A stretch of DNA of 32,000 bases from an uncultured Chloroflexia bacterium (lineage in GTDB: Bacteria > Chloroflexota > Anaerolineae > Anaerolineales > Anaerolineaceae), in the NCBI GenBank assembly GCA_963704755.1, contig OY969938.1:1500001-1532000 (forward strand), in the 5' to 3' direction. Shown here in pieces: positions 17,174-25,394 of the stretch (positions are counted from its first letter, which is position 1; each line of letters opens with the position of its first letter). The position numbers were made by a program, and so were the translations under genes. The notes under the pieces are model-generated. The model was not told where the DNA came from. It worked only from the letters and a program-made list of their open reading frames with translations, and searched no databases.

Positions 17174-17220
17174 GTACTTAATGTAAGAGTGTTGAAAAAC
17201 ACCTTCATATAAAAATTTTT

Positions 17221-17267
17221 GGGATAAATGTGGCGGGGCGGCTTCGCCGCCCCGCCACATTTATCCC
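17221..17267. terminator. Perfect 22-bp-arm hairpin, possible bidirectional terminator or insulator
   Basis: GGGATAAATGTGGCGGGGCGGC-ttc-GCCGCCCCGCCACATTTATCCC. GC-rich top, with ATAAAT/ATTTAT at the base. It lies between the IS and the FtsK-like promoter. Confidence 0.4.
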
Positions 17268-17545
17268 AATTCGGATGATGAAAAGCGACTTTTTCATCAC
17301 CCTCTAATGTTCGTTGTGGGGAAACCCAAGATACCGTTTTGGCTTTCTCGTATTCACTTTACAAAAATCAGGATTTTTGCCATCGCGAGCCCTGGTCGCA
17401 ATGACAACCCTTCCTTGAGAAAGCCATGTAGACACAGTCAGGGCGATTGCAACCGGCCTGCTTTTCGAGGGCAGTTCCCCAAAGAATGGGTTTTTGGGAC
17501 TAAATTGGGATGATGCGATTGCCCTGTAGACACAGTTTCCCTCCA

Positions 17546-18839
17546 CGTGGTGCCTCAAAATAAAATGTTACTTTGGGATAATCGTTGCCTCAAATAGAAA
17601 TGTTACCGGAGAATTCTTAACAATTGATTGACCTTTTTATTGATACTGGCCTGTAAGGACACAGGGTTCAGATGAACATATTGGGCAGTAAGACTGGCCT
17701 TGACTTTCAGGGGAAGAGAGTCCTGGGCTAAGACCCGGCGATAGGGGGTCTTGGCCAGATCATACTTACGGATCGTCTTGCCGTCAACGGTTTCTTTAGC
17801 AATCAGTTTGAGAACTGGCTGGAAAAAATTGATGTAAAGACGCAAATCGGAGTAAATGGATTTGAGCAAGGCAAGTTCTTGTGGGGTTTCGAAGCGGTCA
17901 TAGCCAATGGTATGTCGAACAACCGACCAATTCTTCTGTTCCACATGAGCCTGATCATTCTTGTGGTAAGGCCGCGAACGCGTAAAGGTAATGAGTTCGC
18001 TCTGGCAGTATCGCAAAAGTGTATCGTTGATGAATTCACTGCCATTGTCTGAATCCAATCCCAAAAGAGGAAAAGGCAGGTTATGGCGCAATTCCTCAAT
18101 GGCTTGAGAGACAGCTGTCTGGGTTTTGTTGGCCAGGCCCAGGCACTCGGTCCAGCCGGTGGCTAAATCGGTTGCAGTGAGGGTATTGAGGTAGGTACCC
18201 TCGGTGGTTGTACCACAATGGGCCACCAGGTCGATTTCCAGAAAGCCTGGCTTCTCGTCCTCCCAAGGGGTAAAGGTGCGGATGGGAATGGCTTGTTTGA
18301 GCAAACTGCCCGGTTTGGTAGTCCCAAGCCCACGTGGGGTGGGGGCGAGGCGTGCCTTTTTCAAACAGCGATCTATGGTGGCCCGGCTCAAGCTCAACAA
18401 AAGCGCTTTGGTTTCCTCGCTCAACTCTATTTCCTGCCAGCGCTCTAAAACATCCACCATTTCAGGAATAAAAGGCTGTAGTCGTTTTGAGCAGATGCAC
18501 CCACTAACTTCCCAAATCTTTTCCAGAGCCACGACGACTTCCCCGTTGTATTTCTTCCGTCGCCCGGCTTTCTTCAACCCCTTTGGCTTGGAACCATGCT
18601 TCAACAGCCGAATAGCGTATTTACGATGATATCCGCTTGTGGCGATAAATTCATCCAGAATCTGTTTCTTCTCGGCTTTCCTGGCTTTCAAATAGCGCGG
18701 ACGAATGCTTTCTAGCATCTCCCGCCGACTGCGTTGACTCATCATGAGCTCCCTCTGCGGTGCTTTATTCCGCGTTAGGGTAACATTTATTTTGAGCCAA
18801 CGTTATTTCGCAAAGTAAGATTAATTGTGAGGCAATTCG
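17546..18839 (-). mobile_element. Insertion sequence, 1294 bp, single rve/DDE transposase (ISNCY/IS481-like; family uncertain)
   Basis: ~60-bp imperfect terminal inverted repeats: CGTGGTGCCTCAAAATAAAATGTTACTTTGGGATAATCGTTGCCTCAAATAGAAATGTTACC versus the reverse complement of 18779-18839. 5-bp direct repeat CTCCA at 17541-17545 and 18840-18844. Visibly lower GC than the flanks. Confidence 0.85.
17603..18745 (-). CDS. DDE (rve/integrase-core) transposase
   Basis: 380-aa ORF. N-terminal HTH-like region (ILDEFIATSGYHRKYAIRLL). Catalytic candidates in FLEIDLVAH, LDSDNGSEFIN and HVEQKNWSVVR. AGGGAG lies 4 nt upstream of the ATG. Confidence 0.9.
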   Translation of the reverse strand: MMSQRSRREMLESIRPRYLKARKAEKKQILDEFIATSGYHRKYAIRLLKHGSKPKGLKKAGRRKKYNGEVVVALEKIWEVSGCICSKRLQPFIPEMVDVLERWQEIELSEETKALLLSLSRATIDRCLKKARLAPTPRGLGTTKPGSLLKQAIPIRTFTPWEDEKPGFLEIDLVAHCGTTTEGTYLNTLTATDLATGWTECLGLANKTQTAVSQAIEELRHNLPFPLLGLDSDNGSEFINDTLLRYCQSELITFTRSRPYHKNDQAHVEQKNWSVVRHTIGYDRFETPQELALLKSIYSDLRLYINFFQPVLKLIAKETVDGKTIRKYDLAKTPYRRVLAQDSLPLKVKASLTAQYVHLNPVSLQASINKKVNQLLRILR

Positions 18840-18959
18840 CTCCATAGCTTTTTTAATAATTTTGCGGTATCCTTAATCTTGCCGCATAGCCCATTACGCT
18901 CCATCAGGCGGATTTTCATTTCACCCTGGCAAAAAAACCATCGTACCGAGGAGATCTCC

Positions 18960-19517
18960 ATGATTAAAGAAACCGTCAAGGATGCCGAAACTCGCATGAA
19001 AGGGGCCATTCAAAACCTGGAAGATGACCTCGCCGGGATTCGCACCGGCCGGGCAACTCCCTCGCTGGTCGAAAAGCTGCCGGTTGACTATTACGGTGCT
19101 CCTACCCCTTTGATGCAATTGGCCACCATCAGCGTTCCGGATGCCCGCACGTTGATGATTAAGCCTTTCGATCCATCGACCATCAAGGCCATCGAGCGCG
19201 GTATCATCACGTCCAACCTGGGGCTGACCCCCAACAACGATGGCAAAACCATCCGCTTGAACCTTCCGCCCCTGACCGAGGAACGCCGCCGTGACCTGGT
19301 GAAATTGGTCAACAACCGCCTGGAGGAGGCCAAGATCGCCGTCCGCAACATCCGCCGGGATATTATCAAAGACCTGCGTGACTTCGAAAAAGAGAAAATG
19401 ATTTCCGAAGACGACCTGAAAAAGGGCGAGGAAGAATTACAAAAGTTGACCGACCGGATTGTTATCGATATTGACCAGGTCGGCGAGAAAAAAGATAAAG
19501 AAATCATGGAGTTTTAA
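18960..19517 (+). CDS. frr: Ribosome recycling factor
   Basis: MIKETVKDAETRMKGAIQNLEDDLAGIRTGRATPSLVEKL... (185 aa). GAGGAG lies 5 nt upstream of ATG 18960. The track ORF from 18879 is an upstream extension. Confidence 0.95.
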   Translation: MIKETVKDAETRMKGAIQNLEDDLAGIRTGRATPSLVEKLPVDYYGAPTPLMQLATISVPDARTLMIKPFDPSTIKAIERGIITSNLGLTPNNDGKTIRLNLPPLTEERRRDLVKLVNNRLEEAKIAVRNIRRDIIKDLRDFEKEKMISEDDLKKGEEELQKLTDRIVIDIDQVGEKKDKEIMEF

Positions 19518-19526
19518 CTCGAGCCA

Positions 19527-20273
19527 ATGAGTTCCGAAGCTGGAATCATTTCAACCGAGACTTTACAAAACATACCCACGCACGTTGCCATCATTATGGA
19601 TGGCAATGGCCGTTGGGCGGCTTCGCGGGGGATGCCTCGCCAGGCCGGTCATCGCGCCGGCACAGAAAACCTGCGCCCGATCATTCGTGCCTGTGCTGAG
19701 TTCAAGGTTAAATACCTGACCGTTTACGCCTTTTCAACTGAGAACTGGGCCCGCCCATCCGAGGAAGTCCAGGGCTTGATGATGATCCTGGAAGAGGTCA
19801 TCGATCAGGAGCTGGAGGAATTGAATGGAGAAGGCGTCCGCTTGCAACACATTGGGCGGATCGAACAGCTCAGCCCGCGTTTGCAGGAAAAAGTCCGTCA
19901 CGCCGCCGAAGTCACCAAAGACAACGACCGGCTGGTGCTGTGCATCGCCTGGAACTATGGCGGGCGGGATGAAATTGTCTGCGCCGTGCGCAAAATGATG
20001 ACCGAGGGGATCAAGCCCGAGGAAGTCACCGACGAATTGATCAGCAGTTACCTGTTCACTGCCGGCATCCCCGACCCGGACCTGCTGATCCGCACCTCCG
20101 GGGAAATGCGCTTGAGCAATTTCCTTATCTGGCAGAGCGCATACGCAGAATGGTACGTAACCCCCAAGTTTTGGCCGGATTTCGGCCCCGAAGACCTGTA
20201 TGAGGCGCTGGTTTCTTACAACCAAAGGGACCGGCGTTTCGGGAAACTATCGAACATGTGCTCCGAAGGGTAA
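19527..20273 (+). CDS. uppS: Isoprenyl transferase / undecaprenyl diphosphate synthase
   Basis: 248-aa ORF with HVAIIMDGNGRWA, FSTENWARP and RTSGEMRLSNFLIWQSAYAE. Confidence 0.95.
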   Translation: MSSEAGIISTETLQNIPTHVAIIMDGNGRWAASRGMPRQAGHRAGTENLRPIIRACAEFKVKYLTVYAFSTENWARPSEEVQGLMMILEEVIDQELEELNGEGVRLQHIGRIEQLSPRLQEKVRHAAEVTKDNDRLVLCIAWNYGGRDEIVCAVRKMMTEGIKPEEVTDELISSYLFTAGIPDPDLLIRTSGEMRLSNFLIWQSAYAEWYVTPKFWPDFGPEDLYEALVSYNQRDRRFGKLSNMCSEG

Positions 20274-20280
20274 ATCATTC

Positions 20281-21087
20281 ATGCTCGCCAACCGCCTCAA
20301 GGTTGTCATCGTCATCATCCCGGTTGGCGTGTTCTTTGCCGTTCTGGGGGGTTGGCCTTTAGCCATTTTCGGCGCCGCCCTGATGGGCGTGTGTGCCTGG
20401 GAATATTGGCACATGTTCACCCAGGGTGGTTTCAAGCCCGCATTATGGATATTAATTCCTGGGGTAGCGCTGCTGGTCGCCAGCCGCTACTTCTGGCGCT
20501 TTGCCTACAGCGATGCGCTGCTGGCCCTGCTGGTAATTATTTCGATGGGCTACCATACCTTGCGTATGCCCAAAGATATCGGCACCCCGGCGGTCGATTT
20601 CAGCATCACCGTGGCCGGCCTGATGTATCTGGGCTGGTTAGGCGGTTACCTGATCTCACTGCGCGAACTGCCCGGCGGGCTGTGGTGGCTGCTGCTGGCC
20701 TTACCCACCATCGGCCTGGGCGATGCCGGTGCATACCTGGTCGGCAGCCGCATTGGAAAACATCCCCTGGCGCCAAACGTTTCGCCTCACAAGACGGTGG
20801 AAGGCTACCTGGGCGGGGTCTTTTTCGCCACGATTGGCGGGGTTTTGCTGGCTTTACTCTGGAGCCTGCGCTATCCCACCCTGACCGCCGTCCACGGCCT
20901 GGTGCTGGGACTGGTCCTGGGCATTCTTACCCCCCTGGGTGACCTGGGGGAAAGCATGCTCAAACGCCAGTTCAATCTGAAAGATGCCGGCACCATTTTC
21001 CCCGGGCATGGTGGCATGCTCGATCGCATGGATTCGTGGTTGTGGGGAGCCATGATCAGCTATTATTTGATCCTTTGGTTGTGGTAA
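20281..21087 (+). CDS. cdsA: Phosphatidate cytidylyltransferase
   Basis: Starts at MLANRLKVVIVIIP (ATG 20281, GAAGGG upstream). Multi-TM protein with the CDS signature SMLKRQFNLKDAGTIFPGHGGMLDRMDS. Confidence 0.92.
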   Translation: MLANRLKVVIVIIPVGVFFAVLGGWPLAIFGAALMGVCAWEYWHMFTQGGFKPALWILIPGVALLVASRYFWRFAYSDALLALLVIISMGYHTLRMPKDIGTPAVDFSITVAGLMYLGWLGGYLISLRELPGGLWWLLLALPTIGLGDAGAYLVGSRIGKHPLAPNVSPHKTVEGYLGGVFFATIGGVLLALLWSLRYPTLTAVHGLVLGLVLGILTPLGDLGESMLKRQFNLKDAGTIFPGHGGMLDRMDSWLWGAMISYYLILWLW

Positions 21088-21136
21088 TACAACTTATCCG
21101 CGTTAATTTTTCAACAGCCATTCCAAGGAGGTCAAG

Positions 21137-22123
21137 ATGATCGAAAGCAAGCCTACCCGCAACCTGGCGCTCGAACTGGTGCGGGTCACTGAGGCTGCAG
21201 CGCTGGCAGCCGGCCGCTTTGTCGGACGGGGTGACAAAATTGCGGCCGATAAAGCTGCTGTGGACGCGATGCGGCTGGTCATGAACTCGATCCAGATGGA
21301 CGGAGTCATCGTGATTGGCGAGGGGGAGAAAGACGAAGCGCCGATGCTGTTCAACGGCGAACACCTGGGCTCCGGTGAATTACCGGAAGTCGATATCGCC
21401 GTCGATCCGATCGATGGCACCCGCCCGACTGCTTACGGCTTGCCTAACGCGATTGCGACCGTGGCGCTTGCGCCACGTGGGGCCATGTTCAACCCGGGAC
21501 CGTTGGTGTATATGGATAAAATCGCCGTTGGCCCTGAGGCCAGGGACGTGATCGACATCAACGCGCCGATCAGGGACAACCTGGAAAAAATTGCCAAAGC
21601 CAAGCACGAGCAGGTCGCCGACTTGAGCGTGGTCATTCTCGACCGGCCGCGCCACACCAGCCTGATCGAAGAAGTCCGCCGGGTAGGTGCGCGCATATTC
21701 CTCATCCCGGACGGAGACGTGGCTGGGGCATTGATGACCGCATTGCCCGATACCGGCGTGGACGTATTGATGGGCATCGGCGGCACACCCGAGGGCGTGC
21801 TGGCGGCCTGTGCCCTGCGCTGCACCGGCGGGACGATTCAGGGTAAGCTCTTCGCCCGCAACGAACAGGAAAGGCGCAAGGGCGAGGACGCCGGTTACGA
21901 TTTCGACCAGGTCCTGACCATCGACGACCTGGTTTCTTCCGACGACGTGTTCTTTGCCGCCACCGGCGTGACCAATGGTGAACTGCTTAAGGGCGTGGAT
22001 TATTTTGGCGGTGGCGCCACCACCGACAGCGTGGTTCTGCGAGGATTAACCGGCACCAGCCGGCGTATCATTGCCACCCACCGCCTGACCAAGCTCTCCC
22101 AGATCAGCACGATCGCGTATTAA
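21137..22123 (+). CDS. glpX: Class II fructose-1,6-bisphosphatase (GlpX type)
   Basis: 328-aa [58 protein letters not shown] lies 5 nt upstream. Confidence 0.93.
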   Translation: MIESKPTRNLALELVRVTEAAALAAGRFVGRGDKIAADKAAVDAMRLVMNSIQMDGVIVIGEGEKDEAPMLFNGEHLGSGELPEVDIAVDPIDGTRPTAYGLPNAIATVALAPRGAMFNPGPLVYMDKIAVGPEARDVIDINAPIRDNLEKIAKAKHEQVADLSVVILDRPRHTSLIEEVRRVGARIFLIPDGDVAGALMTALPDTGVDVLMGIGGTPEGVLAACALRCTGGTIQGKLFARNEQERRKGEDAGYDFDQVLTIDDLVSSDDVFFAATGVTNGELLKGVDYFGGGATTDSVVLRGLTGTSRRIIATHRLTKLSQISTIAY

Positions 22124-22129
22124 AAAAAT

Positions 22130-22271
22130 AACCACGGAGCACGGAGAAGAAAAAACAAAAGAGGAAGAAATTAACCACACAGGACACAGAGAGAAAAGAG
22201 TTTAAGAAAAGTAAAGAGGGTTTGTTAAAAGTGATCGGCCCGGTCTCCAGACCGAGGCCGATCTGCTTTTT
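22130..22271 (+). repeat. Composite post-stop repeat (SD-like octamer tract plus hairpin plus T-run), copy downstream of glpX
   Basis: Begins 6 nt after the glpX TAA: AACCACGGAGCACGGAGAAGAAAAAACAAAAGAGGAAG...AACCACACAGGACACAGAGAG. Then hairpin GATCGGCCCGGTCTCCAGACCGAGGCCGATC (22233-22263), followed by TGCTTTTT. Confidence 0.65.
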
Positions 22272-22318
22272 ATAATCCTTCTTTCCTACCCTTAAGCTCT
22301 TTCCTTATCGGTAGCGCT

Positions 22319-22493
22319 GTAGGGTAGGTGAAGGGCTCATTAACACTACTGGTGACTTACACACCGGCAAGACCTACGAAACCTTGCCCGTAACTCACCA
22401 TTATGTACGGATGGTGGGTTACGGGCAATTCCTGGGTTGAGGTAGTTGCTCTTTGTTCGCAAGTGTTATGAATGAGCCCTGCACCCACCCTAC
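22319..22493. repeat. 175-bp REP-like composite palindromic element
   Basis: Outer arms GTAGGGTAGGTGAAGGGCTCAT (22319-22340) and ATGAGCCCTGCACCCACCCTAC (22472-22493). Central hairpin TTGCCCGTAACTCACCAT (22384-22401), 9-nt loop, ATGGTGGGTTACGGGCAA (22411-22428), with one G-T position. Both modules recur in the 8417-9014 array. Confidence 0.7.
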
Positions 22494-22502
22494 GGCTAAT
22501 TG

Positions 22503-23924
22503 CTATTGGCTTCTCGCCTTTCCCATCCCCAGCACGATGGGGATCGAGAGCAGGAAGAGCGCGCCGTAGATGCCCATGATCAGGGCATAGCCGAACTGGT
22601 CGGCGATGGGGCCGGCGATGTAGGCCCCCACAGCGCCGGCGCCCGCCCCGGCCAGGTTGGCCAGGCTGAGAAAGCGCCCGATCTGCTCGTGGGGGATGAT
22701 TTCGCTCCCCAGGGACCAATCCGCCGGGTAGAACAGGCCGGTGCCGGCGCCGATGAAGCCCCCGGCCAGGTACACCGCCGCCAGGCTTTTGGATACCAGC
22801 AAAACCATCACCCCGGTCGCAGCCAGCAGGCCGGCGAATGCGATCAGTGGCCTTTTGCCCAGCTTGCCGGCCAACCAGTTGCCCGGCAGGGCGGTCAGCA
22901 AGATGAGGATGCCCACAATCATGGCCATGATCGCAGCCGGGCCGGCGGCTTTCATCCCGGCGTAATCGGCGAACCGCTCCTGCAAAAAGAAGACCAGGAA
23001 AGTCGCCACGTTGGTCGAGCCGATCAGGAAAGCCAGGCGGTTGGCCACCCACCACTTGAAGGCGGGTGGGTAGTGAAATTTGCGGTGGATGCCGATCCGT
23101 AATGTGGCGCTGACCCCCAGCGCCGTGGCGGCAGCCATGGCCAGCAGACCGACGATGGCTGTCACGATCATCTCGGTATGGTCGGGCAAGCCCATTTCGA
23201 TCCGCAGGAACCGGCGCACCAATCCGCCCACGACCAGGATCACCAGCGCGAAACCGCCCGCCATAGTGGCCAGGCGTACAAACGGCTGCCAGTCTGGCCG
23301 GGTGGCCGGACCCTCCAGTCGTTTTTCGCGAATGGTCATGGCAAAAATCATGCAGGCAGCGATCACCAGCATGAGCAGGATCAGCCCACCCCACAAGTTG
23401 CCCCGGCTGAGGAGCTGGCCGATCACAAAGGCGACGAAAATCAAGGGCAGGGGCAGCTCCAGGAGAGCCTTGACCCGGGCATACAATCCCTGTTTTTCAG
23501 CCGGCACCAGGTCGGGCAGCAGGCGCTGGTAAGCGGCGTGGACCGTGTTGGAAGAGACCATCGAGAGGAGATAGAGCCCAAACAGGAAGGGGTAACCGCT
23601 GGAACCGTCCATACCGGCGGTCAGGCCAATCAAGGCGAAGAGGATGATTTCGGCCAGCGAGCCGGCCAGGATAAACGGCCGCCGGCGGCCCCAGGGCAGG
23701 GTGCTGCGGTCGGAGACCATTCCCATAAAGCTCTGGGCTAAAACAGTGACCATTAACGCCCACAGGCGTACCGTACCCAGCGCCGCACCCTGGGCCGATA
23801 CCCCCACGAATTGCTGGACCAGTAACGGTAAGATTAAAGGCGAGATCGTCTGGGAACGGGCGGTCAGGGCGAACCAGTAAATGTTGATCGAAAAAACGTC
23901 GTACCAGCGCACGGGCTGTTTCAT
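22503..23924 (-). CDS. MFS-type transporter
   Basis: Highly hydrophobic multi-TM ORF (track 22503-23942). ATG at 23924 (MKQPVRWYDVFSINIYWF) is preferred because TGAGGT lies 5 nt upstream. The overlapping 345-aa ORF 22357-23394 is an out-of-frame shadow. Confidence 0.85.
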   Translation of the reverse strand: MKQPVRWYDVFSINIYWFALTARSQTISPLILPLLVQQFVGVSAQGAALGTVRLWALMVTVLAQSFMGMVSDRSTLPWGRRRPFILAGSLAEIILFALIGLTAGMDGSSGYPFLFGLYLLSMVSSNTVHAAYQRLLPDLVPAEKQGLYARVKALLELPLPLIFVAFVIGQLLSRGNLWGGLILLMLVIAACMIFAMTIREKRLEGPATRPDWQPFVRLATMAGGFALVILVVGGLVRRFLRIEMGLPDHTEMIVTAIVGLLAMAAATALGVSATLRIGIHRKFHYPPAFKWWVANRLAFLIGSTNVATFLVFFLQERFADYAGMKAAGPAAIMAMIVGILILLTALPGNWLAGKLGKRPLIAFAGLLAATGVMVLLVSKSLAAVYLAGGFIGAGTGLFYPADWSLGSEIIPHEQIGRFLSLANLAGAGAGAVGAYIAGPIADQFGYALIMGIYGALFLLSIPIVLGMGKARSQ

Positions 23925-24054
23925 GCAAACCTCAAGGGGCACCTGATAATGGCTGAATCTTGCTCAAGGCCTATCCAAAAAGCAATTCGAGTGTTTATCT
24001 CTAGTGGCTGGCCGATCAGGATGAGCACCTGGCTGTCTTTTTGATCCATCGTAT

Positions 24055-24163
24055 TAACTACTCAGTCCAGTTCAAAGCGGGAGATTGTTTTGTAGTTTTT
24101 CGCGTGCTTTGCACGCGAAAAACTACAAAACAACCGACCTCTCCTGGATAGTTGAGCAGTTAC
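24055..24163. repeat. Palindromic ~110-bp element, copy 2 (perfect 23-bp-arm hairpin flanked by conserved end motifs)
   Basis: TAACTACTCAG (24055-24065). Perfect arms TTGTTTTGTAGTTTTTCGCGTGC (24085-24107) and reverse complement (24111-24133), loop TTT. GTTGAGCAGTTAC (24151-24163). Inner flanks also pair (TCCAG/CTGGA, GGGAG/CTCTCC). Confidence 0.75.
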
Positions 24164-24317
24164 GAGTTCAGGTTAATTATAGTGGTTTCCGACGGAATTC
24201 CATCCCCGGGACTGGTGATACGTTACAATATTCGTAGTTGCTCGACTTCCATAAACCAGATCCTTTTTCTGCAAGCCTGAGCAGCAATCTTTTTCTCCTC
24301 AGCCAAAGGAGCCGTTC

Positions 24318-24875
24318 ATGGCACAAGATCGAACTCGTAAAATTGTCGTTACCGGCGTTCTGGGGGCAATATCCATTTTGTTGGGCCTCACCCGCATTGG
24401 ATTTATCCCCTGGTTCAGCGGGGCATCCTTGACGATCATGCATGTGCCGGTCATCATTGGGGCGATCCTGGAGGGGCCGGTAGTGGGGGCCGGGATTGGC
24501 CTGATTTTTGGGGTGTTCAGCATGATCCAGGCCGCCGTGGCACCGAACGGGCCGACGGATGTCTGGTTTACCAATCCGCTTTTGGCGGTATTGCCACGCC
24601 TGTTCATCGGGCCGGTGGCCTGGCTGGTCTGGCGGGCACTACAAAAATGGCCGGTGCCGGGATTGATCATTTCCGGGATCGCCGGCAGCCTGACCAACAC
24701 CGTGTTGGTGCTGGGCGTGATCGGCTTGCTGGGCTATTTACCCTGGGCGGCCCTGCCGGCGATTGTGGTTGCCAACGGCCTGCCTGAGATCGCCCTCTCG
24801 GCGATTATCACCTTGATCGTGGTGGCCGCCTGGCGCCAGATCACGATTGGCAGGCGTAAAGGAGCGAATATATAG
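24318..24875 (+). CDS. ECF transporter S (substrate-binding) component, substrate unknown
   Basis: 185-aa, ~6-TM ORF. IPWFSGASLTIMHVPVIIGAILEGPVVGAGIGLIFGVFS and NPLLAVLPRLFIGPVAW are typical of the ECF_trnsprt-type S components. AAGGAG lies 6 nt upstream. Confidence 0.85.
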   Translation: MAQDRTRKIVVTGVLGAISILLGLTRIGFIPWFSGASLTIMHVPVIIGAILEGPVVGAGIGLIFGVFSMIQAAVAPNGPTDVWFTNPLLAVLPRLFIGPVAWLVWRALQKWPVPGLIISGIAGSLTNTVLVLGVIGLLGYLPWAALPAIVVANGLPEIALSAIITLIVVAAWRQITIGRRKGANI

Positions 24876-24966
24876 AGGCGTGGTCGCTCTACGCCGGAAA
24901 CCGAAAAAACAGGGTGTTGCCACCCGCCCGGCACGCCGGCGGGTGAATCGAAGTCCGAATTCTTTT

Positions 24967-25038
24967 GTAGGGGCGAGGCTGCCGGCGGGTAGGCTTGGAG
25001 AGGGAAAGTATATTGGCTCCGGCGGCTTCGCCCGCTAC
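24967..25038. repeat. REP-like imperfect hairpin bounded by GTAGGGG...CCCGCTAC
   Basis: GTAGGGGCGAGGCTGCCGG, ~34 nt, CCGGCGGCTTCGCCCGCTAC. The arms match at 16 of 19 positions by my count. Confidence 0.5.
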
Positions 25039-25267
25039 ACCGGCAAATATGCGAATTGGGGATTACAACAGGTGCTCTTTTTTGCAAACAAATCCTGGAA
25101 GAGCCTTCTGCTATAACTGGATTAGCGCCTGACAGAAAAAGAAGCTTGTTTTTTGGTTGGGCGTCTACCTTCATCCCAACCTTCTCCCTGGGAGGAGGCC
25201 TGGTGAGAGGCGCGGCCGGCAGGTTAAGGCCCTATCATAAATCAGAAAGTATTGATAGATTGGCGTT

Positions 25268-25347
25268 GAAGAGCGGCCTCGGTCTGGAGACCGGGCCGAT
25301 CCGCTCTTAAAAAACTCTTCTCCGTGACCTCTGTGTCCTCTGTGGTT
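25268..25347 (-). repeat. Composite post-stop repeat, short copy
   Basis: Plus strand: GAAGAGCGGCCTCGGTCTGGAGACCGGGCCGATCCGCTCTT, then AAAAAACTCTTCTCCGTGACCTCTGTGTCCTCTGTGGTT. The hairpin core is the reverse complement of the one at 22233-22263. Confidence 0.55.
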
Positions 25348-25394
25348 TTATTTGTAAAATCGGAGCTATAACGGTGCGTTCCGGGCATGCCAGG

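Noticed and set aside
22357-23394. 345-aa minus-strand ORF and several plus-strand ORFs over the MFS gene
   Set aside because: They are out-of-frame overlaps of the hydrophobic 22503-23924 transporter ORF, with Arg/Gly/Pro-rich composition.
24164-24317. Riboswitch upstream of the ECF S-component gene
   Set aside because: I looked for THI-box (CTGAGA...ACCTGATCTGGATAATGCCAGC-like), preQ1-like and other cofactor riboswitch cores. Only weak resemblances turned up (CCTGAGCAGC, AACCAGATCC). This needs an Rfam scan and is not supportable by eye.
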